Shown piece after piece: positions 8,568-18,233 of a stretch of 64,000 nucleotides of DNA. Positions within the stretch are counted from its first letter, which is position 1. The number at the start of each line of letters is the position of its first letter. This DNA is from Minisyncoccota bacterium (GTDB lineage Bacteria > Patescibacteriota > Minisyncoccia > Phycocordibacterales > Phycocordibacteraceae), in assembly GCA_022841985.1 (NCBI GenBank), contig JALHQL010000002.1, positions 4,211-68,210 on the forward strand, given 5' to 3'. Position numbers and translations under genes: made by a program. Below the pieces are notes generated by a model. It was not told where the DNA came from. It was given only the letters and a program-made list of their open reading frames with translations, and searched no databases.

Positions 8568-9593
8568 ATGTCTTTCTTCTCTCCAAAGCTCGGCATAGAT
8601 CTCGGAACCACTAACGTACTCGTCTTCGTTCCCGGCAAAGGCGTTGTTATCAACGAGCCATCGGTTGTAGCCGTAGGGAAGACTCTTGATAAACGAGGAG
8701 GCAACACCATTCTCGCCATCGGCGCCGAAGCAAAAAAAATGATCGGCCGCACTCATGACGACATCATCGCGTACCGCCCGATGAAAGACGGCGTTATCGC
8801 GAACTATCGCGTAACTGAGGCTATGCTTCGTTATTTTATGAAAAAAGCACTTGGCCGGAACCCCTTTAAGCCAACCGTACTTGTCTCGGTCCCTGCGGGG
8901 GTCTCTTCGACCGAGAAGCGAGCGGTCATTGAAGCAGCGATAAAAGCCGGCGCAAAAAACGCCTACGTAGTGAAAGAGCCAATACTTGCGGCTATCGGTG
9001 CCGGTATCCCTATTCATGAACCGATGGGACGTATGGTGATAGATATCGGTGGCGGCACGATTGATGTCGCTGTGATCTCACTCGGGGGTATCGTTGCTTC
9101 GACGAGTGTGAAGTGCGCAGGCGACCGACTTGACCGCGCAATCATCGATTACATTAAGAAACAGCATAATCTTGCTCTTGGTGATAAAACTGCTGAAGAG
9201 GTGAAAATTAAAATTGGTGCCGCAGTACCGATGAACGAAGAACTCACTATGCAGGTCAAGGGCCGTGACCTCATGAGCGGCTTGCCACGCACTATAAATC
9301 TCTCGACCAATGACCTCGTACAAGCGATGGCGCGGGAACTGCGCGAGATGACTCAAGCGATACGCAAAGTGCTTCAAGAAACGCCCCCAGAACTTGCAGC
9401 GGACATTATCGATAACGGTATCATCCTGACGGGCGGTTCCTCACAATTGCGCCAGATGCCGGAGCTCGTCTATCGCCGCACGGGTGTTATGGCAAAACTT
9501 GCGACAGATCCGTACTATTGTGTCGCGCGAGGCACTGGTATCGCGCTTAAGCATTTAGATACGTATCAGAAAAGCATTTTAGCAAAACAATAG
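8568..9593 (+). CDS. mreB: rod shape-determining protein MreB
   Basis: [14 protein letters not shown] phosphate-1 motif, DIGGGTIDVAV phosphate-2; ORF track begins at 8532, the likely start is MSFFSPK at 8568 (8556/8559 possible). Confidence 0.85.
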   Translation: MSFFSPKLGIDLGTTNVLVFVPGKGVVINEPSVVAVGKTLDKRGGNTILAIGAEAKKMIGRTHDDIIAYRPMKDGVIANYRVTEAMLRYFMKKALGRNPFKPTVLVSVPAGVSSTEKRAVIEAAIKAGAKNAYVVKEPILAAIGAGIPIHEPMGRMVIDIGGGTIDVAVISLGGIVASTSVKCAGDRLDRAIIDYIKKQHNLALGDKTAEEVKIKIGAAVPMNEELTMQVKGRDLMSGLPRTINLSTNDLVQAMARELREMTQAIRKVLQETPPELAADIIDNGIILTGGSSQLRQMPELVYRRTGVMAKLATDPYYCVARGTGIALKHLDTYQKSILAKQ

Positions 9594-9620
9594 AATCGCA
9601 AACTCCTCAAAAAATAAGAA

Positions 9621-9644
9621 GCTCCTGACGTTTCCGTCAGGAGC
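9621..9644. terminator. hairpin GCTCCTGACG-tttc-CGTCAGGAGC between convergent mreB and lipoprotein gene
   Basis: perfect 10-bp stem; A-run upstream. Confidence 0.5.
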
Positions 9645-9659
9645 CCGCTACGACAGTCG

Positions 9660-10031
9660 TTACTCGTTTGGTAACACTCTTGTGATGATGAGATGCCATG
9701 ACTCAGGGCCGGCTCTTTGCGCCCTAGTTATCGGCCAATACATTTTAGATATCTTGACCTTAGAGCCGATCGAAATTTCTTTATATGTTTCGACCTCAAC
9801 GGAATAGCATAGATCTTTGCTTGTCGATCTGCAGACTATTACGCGCCCTTTTATAGAGCCTTCGACCTTCTCGACCGGTTGAATAGTTATAAGTGTCTCT
9901 ACATCAAGCCAAGGAATCAGATACGGTAGTGGCGGAATTTTAGCTACTTCTTTTTCCTCTTTTGAAAAACCGCAAGCACCTACCAACCCCAGAAAACAAA
10001 ACAGTATGATTGTCTTACCTGAGTTTTTCAT
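9660..10031 (-). CDS. probable lipoprotein, function unknown
   Basis: signal peptide MKNSGKTIILFCFLGLVGAC with lipobox-like LVGAC. Confidence 0.5.
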   Translation of the reverse strand: MKNSGKTIILFCFLGLVGACGFSKEEKEVAKIPPLPYLIPWLDVETLITIQPVEKVEGSIKGRVIVCRSTSKDLCYSVEVETYKEISIGSKVKISKMYWPITRAQRAGPESWHLIITRVLPNE

Positions 10032-10173
10032 CAGATACTCCTTCCTATAAAAGAACTCGCTGAATATCGTATCGTAAGCAATGCCCTGAGAATCTCTCTA
10101 TTTCCATTAGAGCATATGATATATATCGTGTCAATTTCACGCAAAAAACGTACGTACAGGCTATAATTAATCT

Positions 10174-10857
10174 ATGCAACACCAAGCATTCGTCATTGAG
10201 GGTGAAGAAGAACAGGGAATCAAAACGGCCGAAATGTGGGTGCGGCAAGAACTCAAGATGAGCGCGAAAGGAAATCCTGATATTGTTATATTACGCTACG
10301 GACTCTTCTCAGTTGAAGATGCGCGGCGAGTAATCGAGCTTGCCGCAGGAGTATCACTTACAGGGGAGTACCGAGTGCTTATTATTGCCGCAAACCGCGC
10401 ATACCATGAGGCACAAAATGCGCTCTTAAAGATTTTTGAGGAACCGCCTCTCGGAATGTATCTTTTCCTCATATTGCCGACCTTGGGTGGGCTTCTTCCC
10501 ACACTCCGTTCGCGAGTAGGCATACTCAATTCCCATGAAGGATTTGCGAAAACTCTCATTTCTGAGGAAGCAACACAATTTATCAAAGCGAGCCGTGAAA
10601 AACGCAGCGCGATAATTAAAAAGCTCACCAGCGGTAAAGATGAAGAGGGACGACGAGAAAACCGAGACGAAGTAATTCGTATCGTAAACGGTATTGAAGC
10701 CATAGCACATAAGATGTCGCGAGGAAAAGAGGATAGGGCGATCATCGAACTACTTGCAGATATCGCAGTATTACGAAGTCATCTCTATGATCGTAGTGCG
10801 CCGATACGGATGATTCTTGAACATCTCTCGCTCGTCATTCCAAAAAGTTTGATATAA
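10174..10857 (+). CDS. holB: DNA polymerase III delta-prime-like clamp-loader subunit (degenerate AAA+, no intact P-loop)
   Basis: clamp-loader signature LLKIFEEPP and sensor TLRSR; a perfect TATAAT at 10162..10167 lies 7 nt upstream of the start (possible leaderless mRNA). Confidence 0.6.
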   Translation: MQHQAFVIEGEEEQGIKTAEMWVRQELKMSAKGNPDIVILRYGLFSVEDARRVIELAAGVSLTGEYRVLIIAANRAYHEAQNALLKIFEEPPLGMYLFLILPTLGGLLPTLRSRVGILNSHEGFAKTLISEEATQFIKASREKRSAIIKKLTSGKDEEGRRENRDEVIRIVNGIEAIAHKMSRGKEDRAIIELLADIAVLRSHLYDRSAPIRMILEHLSLVIPKSLI

Positions 10858-10861
10858 TATC

Positions 10862-11419
10862 GTGCACATGGCATACGATTTTTCAAAACTCAAAACGCAT
10901 ATTAAAGAAACCGAGGAATGGCTCTCGCGTGAGCTCGCAGGAGTTCGTACCGGTCGAGCAACGCCGACCTTGCTCGATACGGTCAAACCCGAGGCCTACG
11001 GCACACGCACACCGCTCCGTGAACTCGCCAACATTTCGGTTGAAGATGCTCGCACTCTACGCATTGTCCCTTGGGACATGACGCTTGTGAAAACTATTGA
11101 AAAGGGCATCGTCGAGGCGAATCTCGGCATCGGGGTCGCAACCGATGATCAGGGATTACGCGTTTCCTTTCCTGAACTCACCAGCGAGCGGCGTGCCCAA
11201 CTTCTGAAGATTGCGGGCGACAAAACCGAGCAGGCAAAAGTAACACTCCGCTCACACCGCACTGACGCACTCCATGCACTTGATGCTGCAACAAAAGAAG
11301 GCGGTATGGGAAAGGATGAAATTATGCGTCTTAAGGGTGAGGCTCAGAAGCTTATTGACGCCGGCAACGATGCGCTTGCGAAGATTCTCGACAAAAAAGA
11401 AAAGGAGATAACACAATAA
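10862..11419 (+). CDS. frr: ribosome recycling factor
   Basis: LAGVRTGRATPTLLDTVKPEAYGTRTPLRELANISVEDARTLRIVPWD is canonical RRF. Confidence 0.85.
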   Translation: MHMAYDFSKLKTHIKETEEWLSRELAGVRTGRATPTLLDTVKPEAYGTRTPLRELANISVEDARTLRIVPWDMTLVKTIEKGIVEANLGIGVATDDQGLRVSFPELTSERRAQLLKIAGDKTEQAKVTLRSHRTDALHALDAATKEGGMGKDEIMRLKGEAQKLIDAGNDALAKILDKKEKEITQ

Positions 11420-12507
11420 TGAGTATTATAATCTTCCTAGTTGTCATTATTGCACTCATCATAGTGCATGAGTTTGGACATTTCGTCGTGGCAAAGCTCT
11501 CGGGCATGCGTGTGGATGAATTCGGTCTCGGATATCCGCCGCGCGCACTCACTATCGCGACCATCGGTGAGACGACATACACACTTAATTGGCTGCCTTT
11601 CGGCGGTTTTGTGAAAATTTACGGTGAAAATGGAGAGGGTACGGATCCGCGGGCATTCGGTAAGCGTCCGCGTATTTTACAGGCGCTCGTACTTATCGCA
11701 GGCATCACGATGAACCTTCTCCTTGCCTACGTACTTATCACCGGGACACTCATCATGGGGACACCGCGTGCGTTGTCGGAGAGTGAGCTAGTTAATGCTA
11801 AGGATGTGGAGCTTATGGTGGCAAATGTGCTCCCAGGTACGCCCGCATCTCTTGCAGGACTACTCCCTGGCGATTCGATTACACATGCGAAAGTTTCTGG
11901 AACAGAGTGGCAAGCCGCTGATCCTGAAAGTTTTTCGAAATTTATTGCTTCCAGTAATGGCAGCAAGATAACTCTTCATATAAAACGTAACGGGAATGAA
12001 GAAATCATTGACGCAACACCTGCAGTCGGCATTGCGTCAAACGACTCTTCGCGGTTCGCGCTCGGAGTCAGCGTTGCAACTGTTGGCGTCGTACCACTCT
12101 CAATTGGCGATGCAATTATTGAAGGCGCGCAACTCACCTGGAATGCCACTAAACTAACTGCGATTGGACTCAGCAATTTTTTCTACAGTATCCTCACTTT
12201 ATCGGCTGATCTTTCACAAGTCGCGGGCCCTATCGGTATCGCGGGGGTGGTTGGCTCAGCTTCTTCTCAAGGAGTAAGCGACCTTCTTTCTATCATGGCG
12301 ATTATTTCCATAAATTTGGCGCTCATTAATCTTATTCCTATTCCTGCACTTGATGGCGGCCGACTCCTTTTCGTGATTATCGAGAGTGTCATTCGCCACC
12401 CAATCAAAGCAAACATCGCGAATTCACTCAATATGGTCGGCTTTGCCTTCCTCATCCTCCTTATGGTTGTTGTCTCAGCGCACGATATTTTCAAAATTGT
12501 CGGATAG
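11419..12507 (+). CDS. rseP: RIP metalloprotease RseP / site-2 protease (M50) with PDZ domain
   Basis: HEFGHF zinc motif in first TM, central PDZ-like region, C-terminal LDGG motif. Confidence 0.8.
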   Translation: MSIIIFLVVIIALIIVHEFGHFVVAKLSGMRVDEFGLGYPPRALTIATIGETTYTLNWLPFGGFVKIYGENGEGTDPRAFGKRPRILQALVLIAGITMNLLLAYVLITGTLIMGTPRALSESELVNAKDVELMVANVLPGTPASLAGLLPGDSITHAKVSGTEWQAADPESFSKFIASSNGSKITLHIKRNGNEEIIDATPAVGIASNDSSRFALGVSVATVGVVPLSIGDAIIEGAQLTWNATKLTAIGLSNFFYSILTLSADLSQVAGPIGIAGVVGSASSQGVSDLLSIMAIISINLALINLIPIPALDGGRLLFVIIESVIRHPIKANIANSLNMVGFAFLILLMVVVSAHDIFKIVG

Positions 12508-12538
12508 TTTTTATTTTTATTCTATATACTTTATCTTA

Positions 12539-13228
12539 ATGGAAGTTAAAATTAATCCCTCCTGGCGGAAACATCTTGCAAAAGAGTTCGAGCAGCCCTA
12601 CTTTGCGGAGCTTGCAGCTTTTGTAAAAAAAGAATACCTGAATGGGGCGGTATACCCAGCGCCCAAAAATATTTTCCGCGCATTTGATCTGTGCCCATTT
12701 GAAAAAGTAAAAGTCATTATCCTCGGTCAAGACCCGTACCATGGCGAGCGGCAGGCCAACGGCCTCGCCTTTGCAGTCGACAAGAACGTGAAATTTCCCC
12801 CGTCTCTACAAAACATTTTTAAAGAAATCGAGAACGACATCGGATCGGTCGCTGCCCGTGAAAGTCAGGTCTCCATAAAAGAGGATGGGGACCTTTCACG
12901 TTGGGCAAAACAAGGCGTGCTTTTACTGAATGCGACGCTGACTGTTCGAGCGCATGTCGCTGGCTCCCATCAAGAGCGTGGATGGGAATTGTTTACCGAT
13001 GCGGCAATTCGCGCATTGTCTGATGAGCGTGAGCATCTCGTGTTTATGCTCTGGGGCAATTACGCGAAAGCAAAGGGCGCACATATCGATCGCATAAAAC
13101 ATCTGGTACTCGAAGCTCCACATCCTTCACCATTTTCTGCAGCGTCGGGCTTTTTTGGCTGTAAACATTTCAGCAAGGCAAATGAGTACCTTGCGGAACA
13201 GGGCGAAGAACCGATAGACTGGCTCTAA
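12539..13228 (+). CDS. ung: uracil-DNA glycosylase (family 1)
   Basis: ILGQDPYH, GLAFAV, VLLLNATLTV, HPSPFSA motifs; start taken at MEVKINP (12539) because the ORF-track start at 12386 overlaps rseP. Confidence 0.85.
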   Translation: MEVKINPSWRKHLAKEFEQPYFAELAAFVKKEYLNGAVYPAPKNIFRAFDLCPFEKVKVIILGQDPYHGERQANGLAFAVDKNVKFPPSLQNIFKEIENDIGSVAARESQVSIKEDGDLSRWAKQGVLLLNATLTVRAHVAGSHQERGWELFTDAAIRALSDEREHLVFMLWGNYAKAKGAHIDRIKHLVLEAPHPSPFSAASGFFGCKHFSKANEYLAEQGEEPIDWL

Positions 13229-13824
13229 TGAATCATACGCCACAGATAAAGAGCGCGATACAATTCGCGGCACGGAAACACCACGGACATATGCGCCAAG
13301 AGGCGAAGCCGTTGCCGTATATTACACACCTCTTCTCGGTCGCACTCCTTGTTGCCGAAGATGGAGCTGGCGATGATGTGGTAACAGCAGCACTCCTGCA
13401 TGACACACTTGAAGATACGGATACCACTCGCGAAGAGATCTCCGAGACTTTCAATGAGCGCGTGGCAGAACTCGTCGAAGCAGTAAGCGAAATAAAAGGA
13501 AAAGACAATGTCACTCTTGAGTGGAAAGAGCGGAAAGTGGCATATCTTGCAAATCTCGAAACTGCCCCAGACGACGCCGTACTTATCGCTATTGCCGACA
13601 AAATAGATAACATTGAGAGCAAAATTGAGGCGTTTGAGAAAGAGGGCGAAACACTTTTGAAACGCTGGAAGCAACCAGCCGAAGCGTATCTCTGGTACCA
13701 CGGAGAGGCGCTCCGCATCGCGCAGAAGCGATTACCGAAACATCGACTCACGATGCGCCTTGCTGAGGCACATAAGAAAGAACAAAAAACTTTTTGTAGA
13801 TTAGAAGACGATTTGGTACAGTAG
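13228..13824 (+). CDS. HD-domain phosphohydrolase, SpoT/Mesh1-like small (p)ppGpp-hydrolase-type
   Basis: H...HD motif: HHGH near N-terminus and LLHDTLEDT. Confidence 0.55.
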   Translation: MNHTPQIKSAIQFAARKHHGHMRQEAKPLPYITHLFSVALLVAEDGAGDDVVTAALLHDTLEDTDTTREEISETFNERVAELVEAVSEIKGKDNVTLEWKERKVAYLANLETAPDDAVLIAIADKIDNIESKIEAFEKEGETLLKRWKQPAEAYLWYHGEALRIAQKRLPKHRLTMRLAEAHKKEQKTFCRLEDDLVQ

Positions 13825-13830
13825 AGACAT

Positions 13831-15144
13831 ATGTCTCCCTCAAATGGTCCCTCAGTTCCATTTGTTACTGGCGCAACTTTTGTGCGTTCTCTTGAAGGAA
13901 TTCATGAGTATCGTTTAGACGCTAATGGGCTTCAGATACTCCTTGCCCCAGATACAACGACACCAGTCGCAGGGCTCATGGTCACCTACAGAGTCGGCTC
14001 CCGAAATGAGGCTGTCGGGTACACAGGTGCTACGCACCTGCTTGAACACCTCATGTTCAAGGGTTCTGAAAATTTCAATAAGGCAAAAAGAAATACCATC
14101 TGGGAACTCCTTGAAACGAAAGGTGCGCTCGTAAACGCCACGACCTGGAATGACCGCACAAACTACTATGTCGTCGTACCTCAAGAGCATTTAGGATCGG
14201 CCATAGCCCTCGAAGCCGACCGTATGCGTCGCGCACATATCGTCGAAGAAGACCGCCAGTCTGAAATGCCGATTGTTCGTAATGAATTTGAGCGCGGCGA
14301 AAATGACATGACCCAGGCACTGGACAAACAGCTTTGGGCGCTCGCATACACCGCACATCCGTACCATCACCCGACCATAGGCTGGAGAAGTGATATTGAA
14401 AACGTCTCGATCGAACGACTCAAAAAATTCTATGATGATTTTTATCATCCCGACAACGCAACCGTATCGGTAGTAGGAAGCTTTGACACCGAAACGACTC
14501 TTGCGGGGATTATCAAGGAATTCGGTGCGCACGATAAAGCGCCCACAGCTTCTGCAGGCATATACACAAAAGAACCCGAACAGGAGGGGGAACGCCGCGC
14601 AACCATAAAGCGTGCAGGACACTCGAATATGGTTGCTATTGCGCACAAAATTCCTGCAGCAACAGATCCAGATATGCCGGCACTTCTCATGCTCGCATTC
14701 ATCCTTGGGGGAAGTAAGACAAGCCGACTGTACCGAGCACTCATCGATACCGCTCTTGCAACCGACGTCTCTACTACATGCTACCAATTCCGCGACCCAT
14801 CGCTCCTGATCTCGTATATCACCCTTGCACCGCGAATCCGACATGAAGCAATGGAGAAGCGGTTGAAGCAGGAATTCCAGAAAATAATCTTAAAAAGCGT
14901 CACCGCCCAGGAACTTACACAGGCGAAACGCTTCTTGCGTGCCCATGTCGCTTCACGCCGCGACGGACCTTACGCGCTCCTTGAGACGCTCAATGAAGAA
15001 ATTGCGACAGGGGACTGGATGCGCTTTGTCACTCTCCCGCAAGCACTTATGCGCGTGACAGCGAAGGAAGTTCAGAAAGCCGCTAAAAAATATCTGGTCG
15101 ATGATCAGAGCACGGTCGGTTATTTCATAGGATCAAACGCATGA
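13831..15144 (+). CDS. M16-family zinc peptidase (active subunit)
   Basis: inverted zinc motif HLLEHLMFKG (HxxEH). Confidence 0.75.
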   Translation: MSPSNGPSVPFVTGATFVRSLEGIHEYRLDANGLQILLAPDTTTPVAGLMVTYRVGSRNEAVGYTGATHLLEHLMFKGSENFNKAKRNTIWELLETKGALVNATTWNDRTNYYVVVPQEHLGSAIALEADRMRRAHIVEEDRQSEMPIVRNEFERGENDMTQALDKQLWALAYTAHPYHHPTIGWRSDIENVSIERLKKFYDDFYHPDNATVSVVGSFDTETTLAGIIKEFGAHDKAPTASAGIYTKEPEQEGERRATIKRAGHSNMVAIAHKIPAATDPDMPALLMLAFILGGSKTSRLYRALIDTALATDVSTTCYQFRDPSLLISYITLAPRIRHEAMEKRLKQEFQKIILKSVTAQELTQAKRFLRAHVASRRDGPYALLETLNEEIATGDWMRFVTLPQALMRVTAKEVQKAAKKYLVDDQSTVGYFIGSNA

Positions 15145-16409
15145 AAAATGAATTTCATCCAGCGCAAGAATTTTCGATGTCGGAAGGCGGAAGGCTTTTT
15201 GTTGCTCCGACTCGCATCCACGACATTGTAGTCGTGAAAGGCAGTGTACTTGGTGGTCGCAACATGCTACCTAAAACTCTTGATATTATCCCTGCATTGA
15301 CGGCTGTTCTGCTTGATGCAGGAACTGCAAAGAAAAAAAAGAATGCCCTTCGCGATGCACTCGCAGGAAAGGGCATATCCCTCTCATTTTCCTCCTCAGG
15401 CGATCGCACAGAGTTCTCTGGGCAATGTTTCCCTGAAGACCTCCCGCTATTGCTTTCAACTATTACTGAGTGTCTCGGAGGAGCGATTTTCCCAGAAGCC
15501 GAAGTGAAAAATGCAAAAGCGCTTGCCCTCGGTAATCTCGCTGAAGCAAAATCAAACACACGCACGTTAGCCGGATATGCTCTTTCTGCACTCCTGTATG
15601 ATACTGACCACGTAAATTATGCCCGCCCCATTGAAGCCCAGGAGAAAAGTACAGCGACTGTCCGTCGTGCCCATCTTCAGGATTTCAGGAAAAAGCTCGG
15701 CAAGGGAGGTCTTGTGCTCGCGATAGTTGGCGATACTACCGTTGCCGTTGCTAGAAGCGCGACTGAAAAAGCGTTCGGTAAACTTTCTGTCGGCACTACG
15801 ACAGTACCGGTAAAGCAGTCCAATAAGAAAATACAGAAGGAAAATGAGAGACTGATTCCGATCGCTGACAAAGCAAACATCGACGTACTTCTCGGAGTCG
15901 GCCTTCCGCTCACGATGAAACATCAGCTCTACCACCCGATGCTAGTTCTCGTCGACATGCTCGGAGGAGGCGTCACGTCTCATCTTATGCAGACTATTCG
16001 AGAGCGAGATGGTCTCACTTATGGCGTGTATTCCTCCTTGGGAGGACTCGATGCGGGAGCAGATGGTCATTTGAAAATCTGGGCCACCTTTTCTCCTGAT
16101 GCATACAAAAAATCGGTAGAAAAACTCAGGGACGAGATTACTATCTTCTTCTCGAAGGGCCTGACGGAAGAAGCGCTCATGAAGAGAAAAGAAGAAATGA
16201 CCGGATCATACCTGGTCGCACTCTCCACGACACAGAACCTGGCACACTCTTTGCATGCAATCGGCGCAAATGGCTTCGAGCTCTCCTATCTCACCGAGTA
16301 TCCAAACATTATTCGAGCTGTGTCACTCGCTGATATTAATGCTGCCGCTGACCTGATCCCTTTGAATGCATTCTCGCTCGCAGCGGCCGGAACTTTTAAG
16401 AAAATATGA
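15141..16409 (+). CDS. M16-family peptidase homologue lacking HxxEH (probable non-catalytic partner subunit)
   Basis: M16-like fold and length; no HxxEH; overlaps the upstream M16 gene by 4 nt. Confidence 0.6.
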   Translation: MKNEFHPAQEFSMSEGGRLFVAPTRIHDIVVVKGSVLGGRNMLPKTLDIIPALTAVLLDAGTAKKKKNALRDALAGKGISLSFSSSGDRTEFSGQCFPEDLPLLLSTITECLGGAIFPEAEVKNAKALALGNLAEAKSNTRTLAGYALSALLYDTDHVNYARPIEAQEKSTATVRRAHLQDFRKKLGKGGLVLAIVGDTTVAVARSATEKAFGKLSVGTTTVPVKQSNKKIQKENERLIPIADKANIDVLLGVGLPLTMKHQLYHPMLVLVDMLGGGVTSHLMQTIRERDGLTYGVYSSLGGLDAGADGHLKIWATFSPDAYKKSVEKLRDEITIFFSKGLTEEALMKRKEEMTGSYLVALSTTQNLAHSLHAIGANGFELSYLTEYPNIIRAVSLADINAAADLIPLNAFSLAAAGTFKKI

Positions 16410-18229
16410 CAATCACTGATGTACGGAAACGGTATCTGGATTTCTTCGCCAAACGGGGACATGTAATTATCCCTTCAGCACCCATCCTGCCCGAAAACGA
16501 CCCGACAACACTCTTCACCAGTAGTGGCATGCAGCCTCTCGTGCCGTATCTTCTCGGCCAACCGCATCCGGAAGGTTCGCGTCTCGCCAATTCACAAATG
16601 TCATTCCGTGCGGGAGACATTGAAGAAGTAGGAGACAATCGTCATACCACCTTCTTCGAAATGCTTGGTAATTGGTCTTTGGGAGATTATTTCAAACAAG
16701 AACAGCTTCCATGGATATATGAGTTTTTGACTCAAGAACTGAAACTTCCGAAAAATCGTATCTGGGTCACTTGTTTTGCAGGGGATGATTCATTGGGACT
16801 TCCAAAGGATACGGACTCGGCAGAGATTTGGAAAAAAATAGGCGTGCCGGAGGATCGGATTCTTTTTTATGATGCAAAGAAAAATTGGTGGAGTCGTTCC
16901 GGCACGCCTGACAAAATGCCGACAGGGGAGCCGGGAGGTCCTGACTCCGAAGTATTTTTTGATTTCCAAACTCAGCATGACACGACTTTTGGCGAAACGT
17001 GCCATCCGAATTGTGATTGTGGCCGCTTCCTGGAGATCGGTAACTCAGTCTTTATGGAATATCTCAAAAAATCTGATGGTTCTTTCAGCAAACTCCCAAA
17101 ACGGAATGTGGACTTTGGTGGTGGCCTTGAGCGACTTACTGCCGCCACGCGTGACAATCCAGATGTGTTTCTTATTGATGCATTTGATTCTGCTCGAAAA
17201 GCTATAGAGCAGCGCTCAGGAAAATTATACAACGAAGAAAAAGCCACACGCTCATTCCGTATTATTCTTGATCATAGTCGTGCAGCAACATTCATGCTCG
17301 CCTCAGGGATTCGTCCATCAAACACGGAACAAGGCTATGTGCTCCGTCGTCTCATTCGTCGCTCAATCCTAGAGGTTGATAGATTGGGAATAAAAAGCGC
17401 CATTCTTGCCGAAGTCGCAAAAAATTATACCGAGGTATACAGTAATCAATACCCTTTTATACTTAAAACAAGCGACGTTATTCGTCTTGAGTTAGAAAAA
17501 GAGGAAATGCAATTCAGGAAGACTCTTGCACACGGCTTACGCGAACTTGAAAAGATGGGGAACAATATTGACGTCTTCACTCTCTTTACCACCTACGGGT
17601 TTCCGGTCGAGCTTACCAAAGAAATTGCGATGGAGCGGGGCATCACGCTTGATATAACTGCGCTGACGACGAAGATGGAGGAACATCAGGCGCTTTCGCG
17701 AGCGGGCGCAGTGCAGAAATTTGCGGGTGGACTTGCCGATCATTCGGAGCAGACTGTGCGCTATCACACCACGCATCATATTCTGTTGAAAGCGCTCCAG
17801 ATGGTGCTCGGACCCGAAGTACATCAGCGCGGCAGCAATATCACGAGTGAACGCCTGCGTATCGATTTTTCGTATGGACAGAAAATGACTCCGGAACAGA
17901 AAGCGGACGTAGAAAAGATTGTAAATGAAAAGATTGCTCAGGAATTTCCGGTTACCCGCACAATCATGAGCAAAGAAGAGGCGGAGAAACTCGGCGCCGA
18001 ACACGAATTCGGCGCGAATTATCCCGACCAAGTGAGCGTATATGCCGTTGGACCAAAAGATTCGACTGAAACTAATCCGAAATTTTCCGAAGCGTTCTCT
18101 ATAGAATTCTGCGGTGGCCCGCACGTAAGTAATACGCGAGAGCTTGGCGAAGGAGGAAAACACTTTAAGATTTTGAAAGAAGAAGCCACTGCTGCTGGCA
18201 TTCGTCGTATCAAAGCAGTGCTAGAATGA
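16406..18229 (+). CDS. alaS: alanyl-tRNA synthetase, short form (catalytic + editing domains, no C-Ala domain)
   Basis: FFEMLGNWSLGDYFK, editing HTTHHILLKALQ and CGGPHV motifs; 607 aa versus about 870 typical. Confidence 0.85.
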   Translation: MTITDVRKRYLDFFAKRGHVIIPSAPILPENDPTTLFTSSGMQPLVPYLLGQPHPEGSRLANSQMSFRAGDIEEVGDNRHTTFFEMLGNWSLGDYFKQEQLPWIYEFLTQELKLPKNRIWVTCFAGDDSLGLPKDTDSAEIWKKIGVPEDRILFYDAKKNWWSRSGTPDKMPTGEPGGPDSEVFFDFQTQHDTTFGETCHPNCDCGRFLEIGNSVFMEYLKKSDGSFSKLPKRNVDFGGGLERLTAATRDNPDVFLIDAFDSARKAIEQRSGKLYNEEKATRSFRIILDHSRAATFMLASGIRPSNTEQGYVLRRLIRRSILEVDRLGIKSAILAEVAKNYTEVYSNQYPFILKTSDVIRLELEKEEMQFRKTLAHGLRELEKMGNNIDVFTLFTTYGFPVELTKEIAMERGITLDITALTTKMEEHQALSRAGAVQKFAGGLADHSEQTVRYHTTHHILLKALQMVLGPEVHQRGSNITSERLRIDFSYGQKMTPEQKADVEKIVNEKIAQEFPVTRTIMSKEEAEKLGAEHEFGANYPDQVSVYAVGPKDSTETNPKFSEAFSIEFCGGPHVSNTRELGEGGKHFKILKEEATAAGIRRIKAVLE

Positions 18230-18233
18230 AACA

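Noticed and set aside
10296-10745. 149-aa and 94-aa minus-strand ORFs
   Set aside because: They are antisense within holB.
13233-13751. 172-aa minus-strand ORF
   Set aside because: It is antisense to the HD-domain gene and is Ser/Ala/Arg-rich shadow-frame composition.
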